From the NCBI GenBank assembly GCA_964551465.1, contig CAZKBR010000001.1, forward strand, positions 11,768-75,767: a stretch of 64,000 nucleotides of DNA, read 5' to 3'. Shown piece after piece: positions 50,217-58,838 of this stretch. How positions within the stretch are numbered: position 1 is the first letter of the stretch; each line of letters begins with the position of its first letter. The position numbers were made by a program, and so were the translations under genes. Source of the stretch: an uncultured Candidatus Bathyarchaeia archaeon (lineage in GTDB: Archaea > Thermoproteota > Bathyarchaeia > RBG-16-48-13 > JAGMEO01). The notes below the pieces were generated by a model, which searched no databases, was not told where the DNA came from, and worked only from the letters and a program-made list of their open reading frames with translations.

Positions 50217-51860
50217 ATGCCTTTAATGAAGGGTTCGCAGATTATAGTAGAGCAGCTTAAGAAAGAAGGCGTTGAGTTCATATTTGGTTTGCCAGGAGGC
50301 CCCGAACTCCCCCTTTTGGATGAGTTGATAGACGATTCGAGCTTGAGATATGTTTTGAATAGGCATGAGCAGGCTTCAGCTTTCATGGCCGACGCATATG
50401 CCAGAGTGACTGGCAAAGTCGGAGTCTGCATGGCAACAATTGGACCCGGAGCGACAAACCTTACCACCGGAATTGCGAGCTCATTTCTAGATTCGGTTCC
50501 ATTGCTTGCAATTACAAGTCACATTTATAGAACTGCTGAAGGTAAGGGCGATTTCCAAGAAATAGATCAGGTTTCGATCTTCAAACCTATCACAAAATGG
50601 AATGGATCCGTGAGGTATGTTGAGATATTGCCGGATGTGCTTCGGAAAGCTCTGCGAATCTCTCTAACTGGTAGACCTGGACCTGTTCATTTGAACATAA
50701 GTAGAGATGTTTTTCATGAAACGACAGATACTGAGATTCTTTCTCCGCAGAAATATAGACCTATAAACGCATATTACGGCGCCATGGACAAAGTAAAGGA
50801 CGCTGTACCTTTGCTTCTCAAGTCGAAGAGGCCTGTGATGTGGGCAGGTGGCGGAGTGATTATTTCTAATGCCTCAAACGAAGTAAGAGATCTGGCTGAG
50901 TCACTGCGGATACCTGTAGCAACAACCTGTAGTGGGAAAGGGGTCATGCCAGAAGACCACCCGCTCTCAGTAGGTATCAGAGGAAGATGGGGAGCAGAGC
51001 TAGCCGATCAAATACTCTCTGAAGCTGACCTCTTAATCGCCATCGGATGCAGATTCTCAGCTGTCGCAACAAGTAGGGGGAAAGCCAAAATCCCCGATAA
51101 GATAATCCACATAGACATCGATCCTCAAGAGATAGGTAGGAACTATCCTGTGGAGATTGGAATTCTAGGTGACGCCAAGTTCGTCCTAAAACATCTGCTG
51201 ATTTATCTCAAAAAGGAAAGACTGCCAAATTATTCAGATTGGTATAATAGGGTTACAGAACTCAGAGGCAAATATAGAAAGAAGGTAGAGGATCAGTCTG
51301 TCAAGGGAAATACTATCAAACCCCAGTTTTTGCTCAAGACTCTCAGAAAGGCAATGCCTAGAGACGCTATCGCGACTGTAGATATTGGGGAGGTAGTTGT
51401 ATGGACCAGTCAGTTATTCGAGGTGTATCAGCCTCGAACGTACATCAAACAGAGCGGTTTTTCCCCTATGGGCTACGGTGTTCCTGCCGCTGTAGCTTCC
51501 AAACTCGCTAAACCCGAAAAGACCGTTGTAGCCATATGTGGTGACGGAGGTTTCATGATGACCTGCTATGAACTAGAAACCGCGGTGAGACTAGACACAC
51601 CCATCATATGCGTCATCTTTGACAACCGGGCTCTGGGTGAAATAAAGCATCGCCAAGAACAATTGTATCATGGACGGTGTATAGGAGTTGATTTTACAGA
51701 TGTCGATTACTCTGAACTCGCGAAATCTTTGGGTGCATCAGGAGAAAGGATTGAAAGTCCGAACGAGCTGGCGCCAGCTTTGAAGAGAGCCTTGAAATCG
51801 AATCAGCCGTATATATTGGATTGCATAATTGATCCAAAAGAAATACCACCAGAGTTTTAA
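50217..51860 (+). CDS. Thiamine-pyrophosphate-dependent enzyme, acetolactate synthase large subunit-like
   Basis: 547 aa. Three-domain TPP enzyme with a C-terminal GDG(G/S)F-type motif region CGDGGFMM. Confidence 0.7.
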   Translation: MPLMKGSQIIVEQLKKEGVEFIFGLPGGPELPLLDELIDDSSLRYVLNRHEQASAFMADAYARVTGKVGVCMATIGPGATNLTTGIASSFLDSVPLLAITSHIYRTAEGKGDFQEIDQVSIFKPITKWNGSVRYVEILPDVLRKALRISLTGRPGPVHLNISRDVFHETTDTEILSPQKYRPINAYYGAMDKVKDAVPLLLKSKRPVMWAGGGVIISNASNEVRDLAESLRIPVATTCSGKGVMPEDHPLSVGIRGRWGAELADQILSEADLLIAIGCRFSAVATSRGKAKIPDKIIHIDIDPQEIGRNYPVEIGILGDAKFVLKHLLIYLKKERLPNYSDWYNRVTELRGKYRKKVEDQSVKGNTIKPQFLLKTLRKAMPRDAIATVDIGEVVVWTSQLFEVYQPRTYIKQSGFSPMGYGVPAAVASKLAKPEKTVVAICGDGGFMMTCYELETAVRLDTPIICVIFDNRALGEIKHRQEQLYHGRCIGVDFTDVDYSELAKSLGASGERIESPNELAPALKRALKSNQPYILDCIIDPKEIPPEF

Positions 51861-51931
51861 CGCGTACATTATGTTGGTTTGTTGCGAGGCAGACTACACT
51901 ATTCCCTTTTTTAGTGTCCTTGGACTTAGGC

Positions 51932-53308
51932 CTATCGTGTGTACGATCGACTTAAGAACTTTGTAAGCCTCTCTTGGTGCAGTTCATTCTCAAGGAGGCG
52001 ACTGCTATCGACCCAATTATTGAGTTTGATGTCAAGTCTTTTTGATATGTGGTCCAAGCTCTCCTTGATTGTTTCAAACTTCTTGAAGTCTCGTCTTAAG
52101 GCGCTCCTCACATTCTCCCTTACCTGCCAAACTCCAACGGGCAAAATGTAACCGGGGTGGGCCTCCCTGAGAACCACTACGGAAGCTTGCCTCTTCTCCC
52201 TTGATAAGTACTCAGTTATAGCAAGTCTAGCTGCGTAGTAACAGCCGCCTATTTCAGCGTATGTGGTCCTTCCTTCATACCCTTCCCAGTCACCGCAGAT
52301 CGCTATGTTTGGACTGCGTGGGTTCCAAGAGGTCCCAGGATACCATGCCTCAACAGCCTCATAGCTCCAGGCTGATGGCATCATGAGCACGATGAACCTG
52401 TTGTCAAGAAAGTTAGACTCATAAACTCTATATTCATTAATGACGGGACTCCTTTTTACAGCCTTGTCTCTGAGGATTCTAGAGATGTTGCTGTCGACGG
52501 CGGTGATGCTCCAACGCGTAGGCACAAGTCTCCTCTGCTTTTCGATCCCGAAGGCGCCAATGCTAAAGGCTCTCTGGATCCTAGAAACAGGAACATTGTC
52601 CTTATAGAGGTCTAGCACGGCGTCGAGAGCCTTCAAATCTGTATCTCTGTACGCCTTCTCAATCTTGTGATCGAACTTTACGTTCCCAGTAGTCAGCTCC
52701 TTCAATTGAGCTGAGGGCCCGAAGGGTTGGAGCTCGCCATCGATAATGAAGTTCTTTCCAGGCTTCTTCTCGAACTCGGCCTCAGCGTCAACAGGAGAGG
52801 CTGAGAGTGCTAACTCCCTGCTCTGATCCATGAGCTTTCCAGCGGCCTCAGCCTTCTTCACGTTGACCCTGAACTTGCCCCTGACCAACTTGAGCCTAAA
52901 ATCCACGATCTCATCAATCTTCCTGCCAAGCCACCGCTCTGGCATGTCGAAGAGACTCGTGTCGCCCCTAATTGGCGGAATCAATGGGCCAGCAAAAACG
53001 TATGGGTAGCCAATGCGGCCAACGAAGACGCCGGGTGGTGAGGAGCCTTCTAGTTCGGTAGCGTCCATCAGGGGCTTGGTCTTCAGGTAGGAGTACAACT
53101 TGACGACTATAGGACAACGTGGCTTTCTGCAGAGCATCCTCGCCCCCCTGCAAGCTATGCACAGACTCTTCGTTGGAACGCGTATTCTAGTTTCCTCTAG
53201 ACTATAGTTTAGGTCAAGGGCTACCCCTGCGTCACTCACAATGTGCTCTATCCACGGAACCCTCTTCTTAACCTTCTTTACAAACCCCTTGCCTAAATGG
53301 AGTTGCAA
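51932..53308 (-). CDS. nreA: NreA-like DNA repair protein with C-terminal PIP box
   Basis: 458 aa. N-terminal Cys cluster CIACRGARMLC...RCP. C-terminal QERLTKFL matches the PCNA-interacting Qxx(L)xx(F)(L) box. Confidence 0.45.
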   Translation of the reverse strand: MQLHLGKGFVKKVKKRVPWIEHIVSDAGVALDLNYSLEETRIRVPTKSLCIACRGARMLCRKPRCPIVVKLYSYLKTKPLMDATELEGSSPPGVFVGRIGYPYVFAGPLIPPIRGDTSLFDMPERWLGRKIDEIVDFRLKLVRGKFRVNVKKAEAAGKLMDQSRELALSASPVDAEAEFEKKPGKNFIIDGELQPFGPSAQLKELTTGNVKFDHKIEKAYRDTDLKALDAVLDLYKDNVPVSRIQRAFSIGAFGIEKQRRLVPTRWSITAVDSNISRILRDKAVKRSPVINEYRVYESNFLDNRFIVLMMPSAWSYEAVEAWYPGTSWNPRSPNIAICGDWEGYEGRTTYAEIGGCYYAARLAITEYLSREKRQASVVVLREAHPGYILPVGVWQVRENVRSALRRDFKKFETIKESLDHISKRLDIKLNNWVDSSRLLENELHQERLTKFLSRSYTR

Positions 53309-53555
53309 TTTATCTTAACCCTTTTTGTCAGCTATATGTAGAGAGGAGAACGCCTTCATAAATTTCAAGGATGGAGCTTGTAGAGGCTCAAAAACTAAGG
53401 CAATAACGGCACCAATTAGAGCCCCCAGACATGGATCTGCCATATTATTCCACACAGAGAATTAGACTACGTAAATAAGTTTTGTAAAAATTAATTTTGA
53501 ATTTTGACTTAATGAGCGTTGAAGGCTAAATGCGGTTTGAAATGAAGAGGTTTAT

Positions 53556-54182
53556 TCAAGATCTAGAATATGAAATCTCGGGGCTTCTCCCCCCTGGATC
53601 TCGATACCGATAAGATCTATATTTAGCTCGCTGTTCTACGATCTTTTGAATTTCCAGCAACTCCTTCCAGTCAATACAATTCCTAGCTTTGATTTCGTCT
53701 ACTACGAGTTGATATTTGGCGATAACGCTCTGTAGACTGTCGATTCTCTCTCTAAGCTTCAGAATTGCTTCTCTCAGATTCTCTATGCTTATGTTCAAAT
53801 CACCCCTCCACCCTCCCTTAGCTCGACTCCAATATAGTTGACAATATCCTATAGGATGAGTTGACAGTACGTCTTCTAAGGAAGTGCCATAAATTATCTG
53901 GATTCGCTCGGTATTGCTCCGCTTTAAACGACGGTTCATTTTTTGGCAAAGAAGGGTGCCGTATCCGAACAACGCCTTTACAGTGATCTGTATCTCTTCC
54001 CCGGTTGGGGGTTCATGAATAAGTATGAGGTCGAGGTCTTCAAGCTCATCTTTCCAGAGTGTGCTTCCAAAGACGTAGATTTCCTTGGCCCGTAAAGGCA
54101 AATCTTCTTCCGTTTCAACCGTTTTAACGATACGTTCTAGTTTAGCTAGGATCTTCTCTCGCTTCAACAGGTCTCCTTCCAA
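53556..54182 (-). CDS. Nucleotidyltransferase-domain protein with C-terminal coiled-coil
   Basis: 208 aa. GS...DxD motif VFGSTLWKDELEDLDLIL. Next to the origin. Confidence 0.45.
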   Translation of the reverse strand: MEGDLLKREKILAKLERIVKTVETEEDLPLRAKEIYVFGSTLWKDELEDLDLILIHEPPTGEEIQITVKALFGYGTLLCQKMNRRLKRSNTERIQIIYGTSLEDVLSTHPIGYCQLYWSRAKGGWRGDLNISIENLREAILKLRERIDSLQSVIAKYQLVVDEIKARNCIDWKELLEIQKIVEQRAKYRSYRYRDPGGRSPEISYSRS

Positions 54183-54282
54183 ACTTCAATTATGGGAATC
54201 TGGAAACTTCCAAGGATTTTAAAACCAAGCATGTAGCGAACCTATTTTCTAATAGAACAATCGAATCTCGTCACAAAAGCTA

Positions 54283-54702
54283 CTAAGGTCCGATCATCTC
54301 CTCCTTCCTCAATAGAGCACTCCTATTGATTTTGTAGCGACGTTTCGCCGCGGAGCCTCTACGAACCAAGAACCCGAAGGAAGACAGCCTTGAAAGATAA
54401 GTTGACACCGTGCTCAGGCCTATCGGCTCATCAAGTGAATTCTCATAAGCGTCTTGTAGTTGACGGGAAGTAAACCATCCAACTGGAAAATCCCGCGTGA
54501 TAACTCTCTTAACCTTCTCAATCTTTGACAGGTCAGAGAAATCTTGTTTTATGCCGGAAGATGAAGCAGGAGTACCGCCCATTAGCTGAACGACATCTAA
54601 GAGCTGAAGAACTTTTTCTCGAGTGACCTGGCCCTCAAAAGAGATAGTAATCTTGTTTCCGTCATCATCGAATACTTCGACCCTAATACGTCGCGCCGGC
54701 AA
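54283..54702 (-). CDS. Putative winged-helix DNA-binding protein bordering the replication origin
   Basis: 139 aa. C-terminal STVSTYLSRLSSFGFLVRRG...RRYKI resembles a wHTH recognition helix and wing. Confidence 0.3.
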   Translation of the reverse strand: MPARRIRVEVFDDDGNKITISFEGQVTREKVLQLLDVVQLMGGTPASSSGIKQDFSDLSKIEKVKRVITRDFPVGWFTSRQLQDAYENSLDEPIGLSTVSTYLSRLSSFGFLVRRGSAAKRRYKINRSALLRKEEMIGP

Positions 54703-54914
54703 TCGTCTCGACCTGATGAAAACCTGTTAACATCATCTGTGTTAAAATGTTTAACGGTGAAAAACCGTGGATTAAAAGCGGTCGAAACAAACGCAAATAA
54801 GCCAAGAAAAGCCCCTTTTCGGCTTAAGACACGTTATTTCCAAATATTTCAGCGATTCACACGTTCACCACATCCTGTCTAGAAAGAAGATAGAAATATC
54901 CGAGTGTTAGGCTA

Positions 54915-54938
54915 TCTCCAGTGGAAAGAAAGGGGTGG
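54915..54938 (+). repeat. Origin recognition box ORB1
   Basis: Matches the archaeal ORB core TCCAGTGGAAA plus a downstream GGGG string. Confidence 0.65.
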
Positions 54939-55073
54939 CAGTTATTCTTGTGAAAAAGCCTGGAAAAATGAGATATTTTAAAAAAGAAGCAAAAATGAAG
55001 GATAAAAAAAGACGATTTCACATTCTTTCACATATTTGCACCCAAGAAGATTCATTCGGAAAAAAGAATACGT

Positions 55074-55101
55074 CCCCCCTACGCCTACGTTTCCACTGCA
55101 A
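55074..55101 (-). repeat. Origin recognition box ORB2 (inverted relative to ORB1)
   Basis: The reverse complement reads TTGCAGTGGAAAC...GGGGGG. Confidence 0.6.
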
Positions 55102-55415
55102 CATTTCCTTGCAAGGAGGCAAGGGATTTTAGGTTTGTTTAATAAAAGCAGAAATTTAGTCTAAAAAAGTTTACAAAAAACATTAAATAAAAATTGGGGA
55201 ATTAACAGTTGGAGTCTATTCCTTTCATATAGGAATGATAAATAACCCCTACTAATGGTCTATTCCACAAGAAACAAAGGGGTGAGAGGGTATTCTTGGC
55301 GTTCTTCTCTCAAGTACCCAACTTTTGTGTAGTTGTTTGTATACAATTTTTTACGAATTGATTTTTATTCTCGAGTGGAAAAAGGACCACTACCGCTGAA
55401 TGTGGGGCTTATTCA

Positions 55416-56654
55416 ATGTCTCCAGATGATCTACTAGAGAACATATTTGACAAGTTTTTACAAGATTCACATGTGTTCAAAAATCGCGAAGTCTTACACC
55501 CGGACTACGTTCCAGATAACTTACCCCACAGGGAGGAGCAGACCAGAAGAATCGGCAATATCTTGGCACCGGTTCTACGCGGGTCTCGTGGATCCAACAT
55601 TTTCATCTACGGACAGACGGGTACTGGCAAGACAGCAGTCATTAAATATGTTCTAAACAGGCTGCTTCAAAAGGGTCGTGAAATCGGAGCCCCAATTGAG
55701 GTTTCTTACATTAATTGTCGCCTCGCCGGAACGGAGTATCGCGTTTTGGCTCGTATGAGTGGAAATGTCGGGTTAAGAGTCCCATTCACTGGCTTGGCAA
55801 CCGCTGAGGTTTTTGATCGTTTCAAAATAGTACTGGGCTCAAGGGGTTCTCTTCTAGTAGTTGTCCTCGACGAGATAGATTCCCTAGTAAAAGCCTACGG
55901 TGATGTCTTGCTCTATGAGTTGACAAGAATCAATGAGGGTCTGAAAGAAAGCCGCGTTTCCATTGTGGGCATCTCTAACGATCTCCATTTCAAAGAGATG
56001 CTGGAACCCAGAGTTCTAAGCAGCCTCGGCGAGGAGGAAGTAATTTTTAGGCCATATACAGCCCCTGAAATCCTTGACATACTTCTTCAGAGATCGATCG
56101 CCGCCCTCCATGATGATGTTTTAACTGAGGGAGCCCTCAACCTCTGCTCAGCGCTGGCTGCAGCAGAACACGGTGACGCTAGGCGTGCTTTAGACCTATT
56201 GAGAGTCGCCGCTGAGTTGATCGAGCGAGAGGGGAAACAAAGAATCACTGAAGACGACATAAGGCTTGCGCAAAACGAGATTGAGCGAGACAGAGTAGTG
56301 GAAGTTTTGAAGACGCTTCCGCTTCACTCAAAGCTTGTGTTGTTCGGAGCCTATCTGATAACTAAAGCCAGCATCAAAAACTCCGTTACAGGCGACATTT
56401 ATGAGGTTTATAGGGAACTCTGTACTGTGCTGGGCACGGATTCCTTAACCCAACGTAGAGTCAGTGGGATAATAAGTGAGCTGGACACTATAGGTGTCTT
56501 GAGCTCCAGAATTGTGAGTTTGGGAAGATATGGTCGAACAAAGAAGGTCAGCCTTGGCATTCCTCGTGGCGTTGTTAGAAACGTCTACTCTGAAGATCAT
56601 TGGGTTGGTCAGTTAGTTGGTTATGCACCCAAGTGCCTATCAAACAAAGAATAG
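55416..56654 (+). CDS. cdc6: Orc1/Cdc6 replication initiator
   Basis: 412 aa. AAA+ Walker A GQTGTGKT, Walker B VVVLDEID. C-terminal winged helix. Confidence 0.9.
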   Translation: MSPDDLLENIFDKFLQDSHVFKNREVLHPDYVPDNLPHREEQTRRIGNILAPVLRGSRGSNIFIYGQTGTGKTAVIKYVLNRLLQKGREIGAPIEVSYINCRLAGTEYRVLARMSGNVGLRVPFTGLATAEVFDRFKIVLGSRGSLLVVVLDEIDSLVKAYGDVLLYELTRINEGLKESRVSIVGISNDLHFKEMLEPRVLSSLGEEEVIFRPYTAPEILDILLQRSIAALHDDVLTEGALNLCSALAAAEHGDARRALDLLRVAAELIEREGKQRITEDDIRLAQNEIERDRVVEVLKTLPLHSKLVLFGAYLITKASIKNSVTGDIYEVYRELCTVLGTDSLTQRRVSGIISELDTIGVLSSRIVSLGRYGRTKKVSLGIPRGVVRNVYSEDHWVGQLVGYAPKCLSNKE

Positions 56655-57189
56655 AGTTTTTGGCGTCGAGGATGGAAGCTTTCTCTCAAGGAATAGAAAA
56701 ACGCTACTCGTCGCAGTTTTGATGGATTCTAGGTGGATAGAGGCAATCATTCTCAGAAAGATTACCATAGATGGTAAAGACGCAACTGAAACGCTTTTTG
56801 AAATGTTAAGAGGATTCACCTTCGACGCTATTATGCTGAGTGGGGTATCCTATGCTGGTTTCAATCTTATAGACCCGAAAAAAATCTGTGAAATACTTCG
56901 TGTGCCCGTTATCGTCGTTTGTAGGAGCAAACCAAATAATGACGCTGTTAGGGCAGCGCTGGTTAATCACTTTGAGGATTGGGAAGAGCGATGGAGTATT
57001 GTTGAGGGTCTCGGTAAAATCTATGAAGTGTTTTCAAAGCCCGATGCTCCTCCTCTATACATCGAGGTTATCGGCGGAGATCTCTCTTGGGCAAGAAGCT
57101 TAATTCGTGAATTGGCCACTTGTAGTAGGATCCCTGAGCCGATACGCGTGGCAAGATTTATTGCCAGAGGTCTATCTCGTCTTTCCTAG
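56617..57189 (+). CDS. DUF99/UPF0215 family protein (endonuclease-V-like fold)
   Basis: 190 aa. FGVEDGSF signature. Overlaps the cdc6 stop by 38 nt. Confidence 0.4.
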   Translation: MVMHPSAYQTKNRVFGVEDGSFLSRNRKTLLVAVLMDSRWIEAIILRKITIDGKDATETLFEMLRGFTFDAIMLSGVSYAGFNLIDPKKICEILRVPVIVVCRSKPNNDAVRAALVNHFEDWEERWSIVEGLGKIYEVFSKPDAPPLYIEVIGGDLSWARSLIRELATCSRIPEPIRVARFIARGLSRLS

Positions 57190-58745
57190 TCAACTGTAGT
57201 CTTGAAGTCTATCGGCATTATGTTAAACGATTGCAGGTCGACTACGGGAACGATCCCAGGCTTTGGAGTCAGACCCATTCTCTCCTGATATTTTGTCTGA
57301 CTCTGCCAAGAACCGGAGTTTACTAACAAAGTTCCTCTGTATTTCTCATAACCTACCACATGAACATGGCCAACCTGGAAGATGTCCGGCGGGACATCAA
57401 TCACTAGATAATCTTTTGGTTCAGGCGCAATCGGTGTTTTGCCCCCGTATGATGGCGCGAGGTGTCGTGCTCTTAACAGGAGCTCCAGAGCTTTTTGTAC
57501 TGTTTCGCCTAGGTTTTGATACATGATGTTTGGGACAGACCCAATAACATCATCCAAGCTTCTCCCATGGTATAGCAAAAATTCTACTTCATGAAGTCTT
57601 ACTCTAGCCGGATTGCCTAATGCTGTAATTTTTCTCGCAGCGTAAAGAGGCTCAGCATACTTCTTTAGAATAGCAGGCTGCGGTAAGGCTTGTCTAGTCG
57701 CGTCGTGGTTCCCGGGAATAATGATCACTTCAATGTAGTCTGGGATTTCCTCAAGAAGACGCGCGGCGAGACCATACTGTTCAACTACATCTGTTATCGC
57801 AAGTTCCTCCTCTTGGTTCGGGTAAACCCCAATCCCATCTACGACATCGCCAGCGATGACTAGGTATTTCACTCTACCAGCGATCTCTCTTTGCCTGCTG
57901 TTCCCAACCTTTCCATGGAGCCATCTGAGAAATCTGTTAAAGGCATCTTCCAGAAAATTATTACTTCCAACATGCAGATCTGAAGTGAGAGCCGCGTAAA
58001 CTGGCTCATAGGACTTTTTAGGTTTTCTCTCCGGCACATCCGGCCATATCAGATCTGTGACTATAAGAATGTTTCCTCTACCTTTGGTAGCCTGCACGCA
58101 GATCACTTGGTCCAGCAAAGTCATTCGAGCTTTCTCAATCAGAGTTCTATTTGCCGTTGAGGGCACAAATACCGTTACCGAGGAAGTCAGATCCTCAATG
58201 CGCATCAATACTGCTCCCTTCGTTTCTTTCTTACTAGTCACCATCCCAATCGTCTTGACCTCGGAGTTCATGCGCGCCTTAACAGTCTCGCTTACGGACA
58301 CGGCATTTCTCGCGTCAATTCTTCTTCTCAAGATCTGCTCAATTCTGGTAAACCGATCTCGAAAATAGCCTAAAAAGTTCTCCGCATCTTCAATCGAACT
58401 CATGGTTTCAGTTGGATCCTCCAAGACTTCCACATTTCCCTTAACTTCTTTGGCATAAGGACGGAAGGCGCCCTTCCCCTCTTTTAATTCATACGACGCA
58501 GCCGGAATCTCTTCAAGCGATTTTACTCGAAGAGTCTCCTCCAGCAAATTCTTCGTAATGAAGATCAGCTTCTCAGAGGGCGTATCTATTCTGCCCAAAG
58601 TAAGTTCTATCAAGTCAATAGGGTCATGATCCTTTGCGTGTTGTTGAATAAAGAGAAAAGCTTCTTGGTCCAGCTGATATCCTCTGCTAAGTGCAAGTGC
58701 ACACGCCTTCTCAATTTTCTCAACTAAGTCCGAGTTTTCTTCCAA
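57186..58745 (-). CDS. polB: DNA polymerase D small subunit DP1 (Mre11-like phosphoesterase, proofreading exonuclease)
   Basis: 519 aa. Calcineurin-like motifs GDVVDG and IIPGNHD. N-terminal helical region. Next to cdc6 and oriC, as in Pyrococcus. Confidence 0.8.
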   Translation of the reverse strand: MEENSDLVEKIEKACALALSRGYQLDQEAFLFIQQHAKDHDPIDLIELTLGRIDTPSEKLIFITKNLLEETLRVKSLEEIPAASYELKEGKGAFRPYAKEVKGNVEVLEDPTETMSSIEDAENFLGYFRDRFTRIEQILRRRIDARNAVSVSETVKARMNSEVKTIGMVTSKKETKGAVLMRIEDLTSSVTVFVPSTANRTLIEKARMTLLDQVICVQATKGRGNILIVTDLIWPDVPERKPKKSYEPVYAALTSDLHVGSNNFLEDAFNRFLRWLHGKVGNSRQREIAGRVKYLVIAGDVVDGIGVYPNQEEELAITDVVEQYGLAARLLEEIPDYIEVIIIPGNHDATRQALPQPAILKKYAEPLYAARKITALGNPARVRLHEVEFLLYHGRSLDDVIGSVPNIMYQNLGETVQKALELLLRARHLAPSYGGKTPIAPEPKDYLVIDVPPDIFQVGHVHVVGYEKYRGTLLVNSGSWQSQTKYQERMGLTPKPGIVPVVDLQSFNIMPIDFKTTVD

Positions 58746-58838
58746 TCCTCTCCGCCAAAGAAATCATATCAATTCGAATTCTAAATCAGCGCACGCATCC
58801 GAGGAAGTGGAGGAACTGAATTACGCTGACCCCTGGAT

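Larger units (their letters stand above)
54900..55415. other. Replication origin (oriC) with ORB elements and an A/T-rich DUE
   Basis: ORB1 at 54915-54938, TCTCCAGTGGAAAGAAAGGGGTGG. Inverted ORB2 at 55074-55101 on the minus strand, TTGCAGTGGAAACGTAGGCGTAGGGGGG. A-rich spacer between them. A degenerate direct copy of ORB1 at 55258-55298. A mini-ORB GAGTGGAAAAAGG at 55380-55395. Immediately upstream of orc1/cdc6. Confidence 0.65.
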
